Below are positions 1 through 11,160 of a stretch of 64,000 nucleotides of DNA, piece after piece. Position 1 is the first letter of the stretch. Each line of letters starts with the position of its first letter. Source of the stretch: Veleropilina oligotropha (lineage: Eukaryota); the NCBI GenBank assembly GCA_048128005.1, contig JBEUKZ010000058.1, forward strand, positions 248,001 to 312,000, in the 5' to 3' direction. The translations under genes were made by a program, and so were the position numbers. The notes beneath the pieces were generated by a model. That model was given only the letters and a program-made list of their open reading frames with translations. It was not told where the DNA came from and did no database searches.

Positions 1-564
1 ATCTCAATCATATAATATAATTTATATTTTTGTCATGTAAGTCATTGTTAAGTGTGTATCAAGCAATATATTTAGCATGACCATTTTTCAAAACTTTGCA
101 AATGGATCTTTTGGCAACAGCAATCAAGACTGCTAAGTAATTGTTGACATTTTATTGAGCAGGTTGCATAAGGAATGTCTAATGCTGGCTTGAATGGCGA
201 TTGAAGGCAATCAGTAGACAGAATCAATACTATGTCCGCAGAGACAACTCAGGTAACGTACGTGAGTGGCATGCCGTGGTCCAGAGAGCGAGCGCCCACT
301 CGTAACAGCTAGGTCATACTACCAGCAAGGCGTCACTTGCCGGCTATATATAATGGTATGTAAAGTCTATCAATGTGTCTGATTTATTATGAACAACACT
401 GAAGTCTATTTGACAGAACACATCTTAACCAAGGGAATAAGAGTTAAGACACCAGTAAATATTATAAGCATAACATATGATCCTTTATTATGAAATAATG
501 TATGAACAATTTCCATATAACTTTCAATCGTAGCCATGACACAATCATCTATTCAATATTGTTG

Positions 565-830
565 ACGTGGCTCAGCAGGTTGTTCACGTTCGATTTAAGT
601 CTCGGCGATTTAACTTGGGTAATGAAATAAGAACATATTTGCCTCGGTCCACCCAGCCTGATCATCTAAATAGGTACCTGGTTGGCAGTTATGTAAGTCA
701 CAGCGATATACCTGCATGTAATGCTCCATGAGTGGGGAGAGACGGCATATTGAGTGGAATAGGCAAATAACCATGCATGCATGCAGGCCGTTATCTAGGG
801 ATAATAATGTTGTTAAACGTTAAGATTAAA
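565..830 (+). mobile_element. Degenerate tRNA-derived SINE (same family as 36053-36409)
   Basis: Central block gcctcggtccacccagcc...aaataggtacctggttggcag (641-688) matches the SINE at 36158-36210; the head is decayed and the ends are approximate. Confidence 0.6.
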
Positions 831-1164
831 TCAAAGACAGTAACGAATAAATAATCACTGAATTTTCCTATTGAACACAATGCGATCAATTAGTATATCA
901 TAAAATAAATAGGGATTGAACTGCATTTTGGTTGCGTTTATGCTGGTATGAATGCAACCAGCAACTAGAGGAGTTGTTTTTGTGTGAACAAAAACATATG
1001 TCTCCCCATGTAAGAGAAATCACTCCATATTGAGACCCCCATGAAGTTTGGAAAGTCACGAACTGGGAGAGTGTAAATATATTTGATGAAATGGCCATGG
1101 ATGGATTTATGCAAATGTCCTGAATATTTACACCCTTCATGTTCAAGGCATGGGAACCTATGAA

Positions 1165-2636
1165 GATGACAAGAATTTTAGCAAGTCAAAGGTCATTACG
1201 GCAAAGTCAAAGGTCATTTTCGGAAAATTACGCCTCCTTGCACAATAAGGGCAGATAGGATATCACAGGAAATCATGCTGGCATGTATAGGACTCGAGAT
1301 CTAGCCCGGACAAGGTGTATATCAGGAAAGTACATTTTGACCTCTGTGACCTTGACCTTTGACCGAACAGCAAACTGAACATTGTTATGTAATTTACTCA
1401 CCCACAGGGGAAAGTTGGCGAAAAATAATTAAGAAAACAACAAAATATAACTAGAAATATGTCCATCGGACACGAATGCCCCCACTGGCAGCCTTGACCA
1501 TAGAGGCAGTGTACAAAGTATCAAGTCAATCCATGAAGGCAAATAGAAGTTATAGCAGATTGGAGTTGCTTACACGCAAATACTGCTTGCTTACACGCAA
1601 ATACTGCCCCGGACGGGACGGGACGGACGGACGGGACGGACAAGAGTAAATCTAAATGCCACCCCAATAAATTGGTGGTGGCATAAAAATGCTCAAATAT
1701 GGATTTTTTTTATGAAGGGTAAGGTCAAAAGTGCAAAATTTTAGCACCCTGCACATGCTTCATGTGTGGACCATGCATCTTCAAAGAAATTAGAAGGATA
1801 AGATTTGACATCACCGAGAACCAGATCTTAGTCATTAGGTCAAGGTCGAAGGTCGTTTCCGCAAAATTTTGCCAAAAAGCACAATGGCAAGATAGGGTGG
1901 TTTAACATACCAAAGGAATTCATGCTGGCATGTATAGGACCTGAGATGTAGCCCGGACAAGGTGTGTGTTAGAGGAAGTACATTTTGACCTCTGTGACCT
2001 TGACCTTTAACCGAACAACAAAATTGAACATTGCTATTTGGTGGAAAAAATTAAGAAAACAACAAAACATAAAAATGCCCAAATATGGAAATTGTTTATC
2101 AAGGTCACAGTGCCAAGGTCAAAAGTACAACATTTTAGCACCCTGCACATTCTTGAAGTGTGGGCCATGCATCTACAAAGAAATTATAATGATAAGATTT
2201 GACATCTCCGAGAACCAGGCCGGACACGATTTCACGGGTCAATAAAATATAAAAATGCCAAAATATAGAATTGTTTATGAAGGTCACAGTGCTAAGGTCA
2301 AAGGTGCAAAATTTTAGCGCCCTGCTCATGCTTGGGGTGTGGGCCATGCAGCTACAATGAAATTAGAAGAATAAGATTTGAGGTCTCCGAGAACCAGGCC
2401 GGACACGATTTTGGGGTCAACGGTCGAAAGGGTCGAAAGTCGTTTTCGTGAAGCTTTGCCAAAAAGCACAATGGCATGCTTGGACGGTTTAATTTACCAA
2501 ACCAAATAATGCTGGCACGTATAGGACCTGAGATCTAGTCCGGACAAGAAAAGGGAGGAAGAAGGAGGTGAAAGAGAAGAAGAAGAGAGTGTAAAACAAC
2601 ATGTCTCTCCCATCCTTTGGATGGGGAGACATAATT
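1165..2636 (+). mobile_element. Helentron/HINE-like non-autonomous element with internal tandem units
   Basis: Recurrent tgaccttgacc/ggtcaaggtca motifs, duplicated blocks (1273-1385 vs 1920-2035; 2060-2245 vs 2245-2420) and 3' hairpin atgtctctccc...ggggagacat followed by aatt. The 5' end is approximate and the class is inferred. Confidence 0.5.
1449..1688 (+). mobile_element. Short HINE-like element nested in the previous repeat
   Basis: Starts aactagaaatatgtcc, contains a ggac microsatellite (1611-1641) and ends with hairpin atgccacc...ggtggcat plus aaaa. It interrupts a unit seen uninterrupted at about 2050-2090. Confidence 0.55.
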
Positions 2637-2993
2637 ACATCTTCTATGATGCACGCGAGCGCTTCATTTATAATATGTAATTGCATACCAGCATAAACGC
2701 AAACAAAATTCAGTTCAATCCTTCTACATGTATTTACATAAGTATACTATCTAACCACAATCCCATAAAAATAAACATAATATTTTAGTTTGTTATGATA
2801 GTAATTGTTGTAACATCTAATTAACGGAACAGCAATTCCATCATGCTAAAAAATATACCCTGTATGGATTTTATTCTGTGGTACATGTAAAATAATGAAC
2901 AATATTGAAATTCAATTCATAAATTTATTTGATATTAAATAATGTAAATTTTACATTCGAGAAAAAACTGTACATGTATAACAATTATATTAT

Positions 2994-4596
2994 AACAAGA
3001 AATATAGTGCGATATTACTACGCCTAGCCTATTTTCACTGTTGCGGTCATAGTACTATGAACGCAATCAAAATGTAGTGAACAATGTAAATATAAGTAAA
3101 TGAGTATAAAACAAGTGTTTGCCACTAAATTGGCAATAGTCCCCCGCTTATGTTATAGAGTGCATCTAAGATGCCAAAATGATTGTAACAGTAACGAGCA
3201 TCCTGTGACAGGAGAAATGGGATCTATTGAGATATTGCACTAACAACAACTGAATGAGCAAAAGAGTACACTGCATCTTGTGACCTTTAAAATGAGGTCA
3301 AGGTCATCATAATGGACTGGGGTCGGTAGTATCCCTCAATGCATCTATCCACCAAATATAAATGAAATCGGTTCATTCGGTTTTGAGATATCACGATAAA
3401 AAAAAATGACCTTGAATATGAGGTCAAGGTCACCATAATCTTCTGGGGTCGAGATATCGTGCTAACAACAACTGAATGAGGAAAACAGTAGTGCATCATG
3501 TGACCTTGATAATGAGGTGAAGGTGACCATAATCGACTGGGGTCGGTGATATCCCCAATGCATCTATCTACCTAATATAAAAGAAAATGGTTCATTCTGT
3601 CTTGAGATATCACGCTAATAACAATTGAATGAGCGAAATAGTCAAGCGCACCCAGTGACCTTTAAAGTGAGGTCAAGGTCTTCACAAAGGTAATCTATTC
3701 ACCAAATTTAAATGAAATTGGTTCATTCTGCATCGAGATATTGCGCTAACAACAATTGATTGAGCAAAAGAGTACACTGTACCCTGTGACCTTGAAAACG
3801 TGGTCAAGGTCAACATAATCTACTGGTGTCTGCGGTATCCCCAAAGGTATCCACAACCAAATATAAATGAACTTGGTTCACTCTGTCTCGAGATATCACG
3901 CTTACAACAATTGAATGAGGGAAATGGTCAAGTGCACCCTGTGACCTTGAAAATGAGGTCAAGGTCACCACAATAGATTGGTGTTGGCGGTATCTATCCA
4001 CCAAATATAAATGAAATCGGTTCAGGCTTGAGATATAGCGCTAACAACAATTGAATCATTGATTGAGCAAAAGAGTACACTGTACCCTGTGACCTTGAAA
4101 ACGTGGTCAAGGTCAACATAATTGACTGGTGTCAGCGGAATCCCCAAACGTATCTATCCTCCAAATATAAATGAAATCGGTTCACTCAGTCTTGAGATGT
4201 CGCGCTAACAACAATTGAATGAGCGAAATAGTCAAGTACACCCTGCGACCATGGAAATGAGGTCAAGGTCACCATAATCGACTGGTGTCGGCGGAATCCC
4301 CAAAGGTATCTATCTATCCACCAAATATAAATGAAATCGGTTCATTCAGTCTTGAGTTATCGCGCTAACAACAATTGAATGAGCGAAATAGTGACATGCA
4401 CCCTGTGATCTTGAAAATGAGGTCAAGGTCATTATAATCGACTGATGTCAGCTGAATCCCTAAAAGGTATCTATCCACCAAATATAAATGAAATTGGTTC
4501 ATTCAGTCTTGAGATATCGCGCTAACAAGCTCGTACGGACGCCCGGAGCCGAATACTCTAGTCCCCGCTTCACTTGCGGCGGGGGGGGGGACTAAT
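2994..4596 (+). mobile_element. Helentron/HINE-like element with about 170-180 bp tandem array
   Basis: 5' aacaagaaatat; repeated units containing tgaccttgaaaatgaggtcaaggtca and ccaccaaatataaatgaaatcggttca; ends cggacg then hairpin tagtccccg...gggggacta. Confidence 0.55.
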
Positions 4597-5365
4597 TAAT
4601 AGCTCAGTGCTGGTATACATAATCGTATGAATAGCCATTTGGACTTCCCCAACTTGCAGTGAAAAGGTGTCGACCAAAAGACTGAAAGCGAGATGACTTC
4701 AGTGAATGACAGCGAGTGAGGGGAGACCTGTGACTTAATTAGGCTGTATTGCAATAATTCCTTGTTTCTTGTCCTATGACATGTATGATGCTGGTCAACC
4801 AAAGCGGTAAAGTGGGGGTGAACACAACATAAAAGCCATTTTTCACACAACATTATATTCTAGATTATTCTGACCACAGGTGTTATTAATTTAAGGGCAT
4901 AATACAAGTAACAATACCTGCTATATTTCCTGTATGTTTATGGCAGATGATAGATTAACTGATAAGAAACATTAGGCATCAATTTAACATATTACAGATG
5001 TAGGTCCAGGAGATCGCCAAATATGATAGGTTTAGGGTGTCACTCCGATCTGACCGACATTGCCTTCTAAATTTATAAGCGATAGAATTAGCTGACAGCT
5101 TGCCTCGAACCCAGGCCCATCTAACAGTCTCTGTTGAATGTCCAACATGCTAACAACTCACTCGATCGTATCAATATATATATATATATATATATATATA
5201 ATCGTTTAAATAACACCATATGATATACATGTGTTTGTGTTGGCATATTTGTAGATTAGAGTATTTATGATGTTTTATTTATAGTATGTGATGGGTAATG
5301 GACTCGACAAAGATTGACACATTACGTAATTGATATGAAACATTTCTCTCGCATTGGCATTCAGT

Positions 5366-6222
5366 AACTAGATGCTCAGTCATGAGTGACCGCATATGAA
5401 ACTCTCGATGGCGGCCATCTTGGAGGTCGCATCACACCCGCCAGTGTAGTGTCCTCACCCAAACCAATGCACATACCAAATTTGAAAGCATTCCGTTAAG
5501 AATTGAGATGTCTAGAGCGATTTCAAGGAATTATGCTTTAAAATCAAAGATGGAGGCCACAGCGGCCATCTTGGAGGTCGCACCACACCCAAAATATATA
5601 GGTGTCATGTCCTCGCCGCAACCAATTCACATACCAAATTTGAAAACATTCCGTTAAGAAATGGCCTGTCTAGAGCGATCCCGAAGAATCTCTCGGCGGG
5701 CGCGGTGGCGGCCATCTTGTAGGTCGGACCATTCGGACCAAATTCTCTAGGTGTCGTGTCCTCGCCCCCAACCAATGCACATACCAAATTTGAAAACATT
5801 CCGTTAAGAAATGGCCTGTCTAGAGCGATCACAAGGTATGATGCTTTAAAATCCAAGATGGAGGCCGTGGCGGCCATCTTGGAGGTCGGACCACACCCAA
5901 ATTCTATAGGTGTCATGTCCTCGCTCCAACCAATGAACATACCAAATATGAAAACATTCCGTTAAGAAATGGCCTGTTTAGAGCGATCACAAGGTATGAT
6001 GCTTTAAAATCCAAGATGGAGGCCATCTTGGAGGTCGGACCACACCCAAATTCTATAGGTGTCGTGTCCTCGCCCCAACCAATACACATACCAAATTTGA
6101 AAACATTCCGTTAAGAAATGGCTCGTCTAATGCGATCACGGGGAATCTCTCGACGGACGCGGCGGTGTAACGAAAGCCAAACCCTAGTATCCCGCGATAC
6201 TTTCGTTTCGGGTGATACAATA
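5366..6222 (+). mobile_element. Helentron/HINE-like element with about 120-180 bp tandem array
   Basis: 5' aactagatgctc; five units with ggcggccatcttggaggtcg and cataccaaatttgaaaacattccgttaagaaatgg; gacggacg motif and 3' hairpin gtatcccg...cgggtgatac. Confidence 0.55.
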
Positions 6223-6805
6223 ATCTGATGTGATGACAATGTTATCTATGATTCATCTAATTCAGTTGTTTCTTTGTTTGTCTACAGGATTTTATGAAAT
6301 AATACGTTTTACGCATATATATATACGTCTTCGTGGTTCTTCCTAATTCTCGCGCTACATATTTTAGCGACTTAACTACATGACAAAATAGTTATCGGTG
6401 ACACCTCACAAGTACGTTAAGAGAGAAATGTTGGAGGTAGCTAGAATTGTAATTTTCAAATATATTGTCTGCAGATAGCTTAATGACAGATGGTAATGAA
6501 ACTATCAAATACCATGGAATCCATACTATGCCAACCTTTGATTAATTAATTACTAGACACATATCTCCCGGCTCAGTGGCAATAAAAACACCACAGAACG
6601 CTTTGAACAGATTTGCATGGCAAATCAATGGCTATCTCTTGTCAAGGCCTTCACAAAATTGATTTTTTAATCAATGTGTCGTGTCGTGTCCTCGCCCCAA
6701 CCAATACACATACCAAATTTGAAAACATTCCGTTAAGAAATGGCTCGTCTAATGCGATCACGGGGAATCTCTCGACGGACGCGGTGGACATGTAACATAT
6801 ATGCA

Positions 6806-7049
6806 ATAGGAGGATTAAGAGTAATCCCCTTGTATCTATAATAATATACTTACGTCCTTACTAATGCCATAATAAGCCTATTATCGCTAAATCCGGACAA
6901 GGTGGAAATGGTAATTTCGCACTTTTTAGTAAATTTAACCCAGATGACCCACTGACCTGCTCGACCTCCTCCAGTTCATGCCTATTTAGAGCTCGCCAAC
7001 TCCCGCGAGATCCTCGTGACCCAAGGGTCAAGACCTCATCCGAAGTTTT
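6806..7049 (-). repeat. DIRS A right (3') ITR with terminal extension (6806-6844)
   Basis: 6845-7049 is the reverse complement of about 14912-15117; 6806-6861 is the reverse complement of 7113-7168. Confidence 0.95.
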
Positions 7050-7112
7050 AGCAAACCCCAAGGCAAAGAACTTATATAAGAGGGGAGGTGCGAAGCAGGG
7101 TGGGCCAAGTGG

Positions 7113-7203
7113 GTAAGGACGTAAGTATATTATTATAGATACAAGGGGATTACTCTTAATCCTCCTATCTATATCAAATATACTTACGTCCTTACTAATG
7201 CCA
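7113..7203 (-). other. DIRS A internal complementary region (ICR)
   Basis: First half is complementary to the right end (6806-6861) and second half to the left end (15092-15129); together they spell the junction ...gatatagATAggagg... Confidence 0.95.
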
Positions 7204-7952
7204 AGAATAACTTTGGTTGGCGGAGTTATAAGTTCCATACACCAAAATTAAAACTTACTTGTTACCAGAAGACGACGCTTTAGCGTTGAGATCGAGTCCG
7301 TTCAGAGTAGATTTACTGAGCATCTAATCTACCCTTACCCCGAGATGAGATTTCGACCAAGAAATCTGGGAAAACACGCCAGGGATGTTAGTCGGACAGG
7401 TAACACGAAAGTGCATGTAGCCCCGGACACCGTGCGGAAGGTATACCTTGAGGCACTCGTGTCATGAGCAAAGACAGTGAACTGAATATTCCTGACTCAA
7501 AGGTCGGCAGACAGAAAACTGCAAGACGTGGTCTTTAGAAGCACCCGAACCTAGGCAGGTTGATAGTGTTATAAAACCGTGACAATTATCAATAGATTGA
7601 AGAAAATTTCAATAACTTCATCTTGAATAATAAATGTTACTTAAATAATTTTAAGTAGAGAATAATATTAACATTTTTACAATGTACGCACATTGAAATG
7701 TTCTGCGACAGCAAGGAGAACATTTTTGAAATAATATTATTTACAAAAAACATTTTTAAGATTTCGTAAGATAAATGTTTACATCCAATGTGGGCATTAC
7801 TTCATATTAACTCAGTATGAATAGATAATTCCAATTTCTTAATAAGGTTAAGAAAGGAATAACATTGGAATAAATTCTAAGGGTGTTTACACTGTACACA
7901 AATAGAATGACATTACATTACCTCAGTGACCTGGGACAATTGATTATACCAA

Positions 7953-10920
7953 TCACCGTAAGGATGACCTAGATCCACTAATACATTGTTGAGTTGCCGC
8001 CACAAAGGAAATTCGATGTTCGCCATCAGCCGTAGTAGCGTAATCACGCAGGTAAAAGCGAACAAAGGTATTAGCACTCTTCCAGTAACCAGCCTTCAAG
8101 ATTGTATTGATATTCAAATTATATTTGAAAGCCAAGGATGTCGCTAAAGCACGAGTCTCATGCGCGTGAATTGAGACGAGATCTCGTTCTGGATCATTGG
8201 ACCGACTGTAAATGTCCTTTACAACAGAAACAATCCAACGGGAAACAGTCGATTTGCGAATGTCGCGGTGAAATTGAGGCATATGGCTAACGAATAAACG
8301 TTTTTTACCATGCCGTAGGTCTCGGGTCCGATCCAGGTAGAATCTCAGCGCACGAACGGGGCAGTTCAGGCGGTCGATATCATCTCTATCCAGCATGGAG
8401 AGGTTACGGATACAAACCTCGGGACTGATATCTTCAGGTCTTTGTGTCTTCGCTAGGAAGCCAAGGACTGTATGCAGCGTCAACGACCCATCGGTGTGGA
8501 AGTGTATATCTCGAAGCTCTCCGGATAAAGCGTGTATCTCCGATGCCCTGTTACCGGTGGCGAGAGCGGTAAGAAATACGGTCTTATAAGTGAGATTTTT
8601 GAGGGAACATTCACTCATAGGCTCGTACGGGCATCTAAGTAAAGCATTGAGAATTAACATGACATTCCAAGCAGGCGGTCGCACCTGCTGAATGGGTCGT
8701 TCGAGTTGGTAGGAGCGTATAAAGTCCGATATTGTTTTGTCGGTAGACAAGCGGGTGTGCTCGCGGCATTGCCGTAACGTCATTGCTACGCATGATCGGT
8801 AGCCTTTGACCGCGGAAATAGACATTCCACGTTCGAGCAACGACGACAAAAACTCGATAAATTTTGTCACAGGGGGGGGGCGGAAAATATTGACCTGCCG
8901 CCCGCGACACCAATCCACAAATTTCTGCCATCGGTAGTCATATACCCTTGTTGTAGATTGCCTTCTAGATCGGTATATGCGCTGGGCTGTCGCTCTAGAA
9001 AAGCCTTTCTTAATGAGCGATCTCTCGATAGTCGCCAGGCGTGAAAGTGAAACTCGCTCGCCGACGGGTGTAGGACCCGACTGCGCGGTTGCGATAACAG
9101 GTCTGTCATCTGCGGTAGCGCTCGTGGCTGATCGATGAGTAGATCCAGAAGTGTCGGAAACCAGGACTGCGTGCATTGTAGGGGTGCTATCACCGTTAAC
9201 TCGCAGTCTTCGCGGGTCGCTTTCCGTAGTACTTGTGCCAACATGCACGACGGTGGGAAGGCGTAGGCGATCAGATTCTCCCATCTCATTGACAGAGCGT
9301 CGACCGCTATAGCGGCCGGGTCCGGGTAAGGAGACACATAGAGAGGGAGTCGGTGATTGAATTCGGTTGCGAATAGATCGACTTGAGGCGTCGACCACAG
9401 GCGACAGACATCTCGGGCTACACGGGCGTGTAGCGTCCACTCTGTGTGTATTATCTGTGTTTTCCGAGAGAGCGTATCCGCTCTGACGTTCAGCTTCCCC
9501 GGGATGTGTCGGGCTCGAATTGTCGAGTTGAGGGACATCACTAGGCGGTGTAGGTCGATCGCTCGGTCGCAAAGCGGACGGGAGCGGGTGCCGCCCTGGT
9601 GCTGAATGTAAGCGACGACAGTCGTGTTGTCCGTGGCGAGCAGTATGTGCTTGTTGCGGAGGTGTGACGAGAGGGACTGTACTGACAGGTAGACGGCTTC
9701 TAACTCTTGGAAGTTTATGTGTCGTCCCTGAAGGTCCGTAGGCCATAGGCCCGATGTCTCGTGACTGTCGAGGTGCCCTCCCCAGCCCTCGTTTGACGCG
9801 TCCGTGAAGAGGTAGGCGTTCGGTTCTGGGGGGGATATTGGAACCGACTGGCTCGGCAGGGTAGTGTTCAACCACACTGCTGTCGTGCGATTGAACCAAT
9901 GCCGAAGATCGATGCGATCCGTCCACTGTCCCGTACGTTGTATCCAGCGGTCCTTGAAGGCCTGCTGCAACGGTCGTTTGTCCATGCGACCCGTCGGTAA
10001 CAGGGGAGCTACCGACTCGATGTGCCCTAGGACAGTGGCCAGTCGTCGCGCCGTAGTTATCCGTGAAGACTTCGTTTCCAGTATAACTGCGCGTAGGTTC
10101 TCTATACGTTTCTGAGTCGGTTTCGCGGTGTACCGGACCGTGTCGAATTCGACCCCTAGAAATATAAACGTCGTCGAGGGCACGAAGCAGGATTTGTCGT
10201 TGTTGATCTGTAATCCTAGGCGCTTCGCCGATGACAGGGTAACGCTCATAGACTGGAGGCACTGATCCCGGGACGCCCCGAGAATCAACCAGTCGTCGAG
10301 GTACATGTGTACTCTGTGCCCTTGCGAGTGTAGGAAGGCCCCGAGAGCCTGTACAACCCGCGTGAAGACGTACAGGGCTGACGATAGACCGAACGGTAGA
10401 CACCTGAATTGGTAGACCGTTCCCCCGTGGACAAACCGTAGGTACCGGTGAGCCGAGACGTGCATCGGAACGTGTAGGTACGCATCGGTCAAGTCGATAG
10501 ACGCTGCCCAGTCGCCCGGACGGATGGCCGTACGTATCTTCGAGAGTGTTTCTTGCTTGAACTTCTCGGTACGAAGATACTGGTTGAGGAACGACAGATC
10601 GAGGATCGGTCGCCAACGGCCATCGGGTTTCGGGACCAGGAAAAAGTGGCTGTAATATCCTGGTGTGCTGGGCGGCGCGGGATAGATCGCTCTCTTTGAG
10701 AGTAAATCCCGCACTGCCTGGTCTAGGACGGCTTGTTTTTCTCCTATCAGGAGACGAGCGCGTCCTGGTGGTGGTGTCGCGTCTAGGGTTGGATGCGGCA
10801 CTCACGACTGAGTGAACCCAGTTGTCCTCTGTCATTTCTAGCCAGGACAGGCTGTACTCTAACAGACACGCTCCCACCGGCGGAAGCGTGCAACTGAGCT
10901 CGTCGCGAGCGCCGGCAACC
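7953..10920 (-). CDS. DIRS A ORF3, tyrosine recombinase with long N-terminal region overlapping pol (23-bp deletion near 10795)
   Basis: Catalytic motifs TGNRASEI (R), HETRA (HxxR), AGYW and FVRFYL (Y); SAM-like N domain STTRVYDYRWQKFVDWC. Confidence 0.92.
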
Positions 10921-11160
10921 CTAGGGCCGCGGTTTCCCTCTCCCGCTCTGACGGGATTTCGTCGGAGGTGCTGGCTTCGCGATAGGTTTCTTGGCCTGAG
11001 AAGGCCCACCACGCGAAGGTTTAGCACGCTTGGAAGGCGTATGAGACCGGGACGGTCTCGAGCGCTTCCTAGAGGTAGCAGCCGGCGTACTCCGAGGAGT
11101 AGCCAAGACTGCCTTCTCGATCGCGCGATCCTTGAGGTCAGCCGCTCGCTTCTCGACAAA
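8867..11160 (-). pseudogene. DIRS A pol (RT, RNase H, methyltransferase-like), frameshifted near its N-terminus
   Basis: FLVPKPDGRWRPILDL, LPFGLS, YLDD (RT); FTDASNEGWG, ATDNTT, NVRADTLSR (RNase H); VDLFAT...YAFPP (MT). Has a 23-bp deletion at about 10795 relative to copy B. Confidence 0.93.

Noticed and set aside
898..1146. Possible host exon
   Set aside because: No recognisable protein similarity and no supporting neighbouring exons.
6861..7238. 125-aa ORF over the DIRS right end
   Set aside because: Lies on the ITR and ICR, which are explained as cis elements; no equivalent ORF is listed for B or C.
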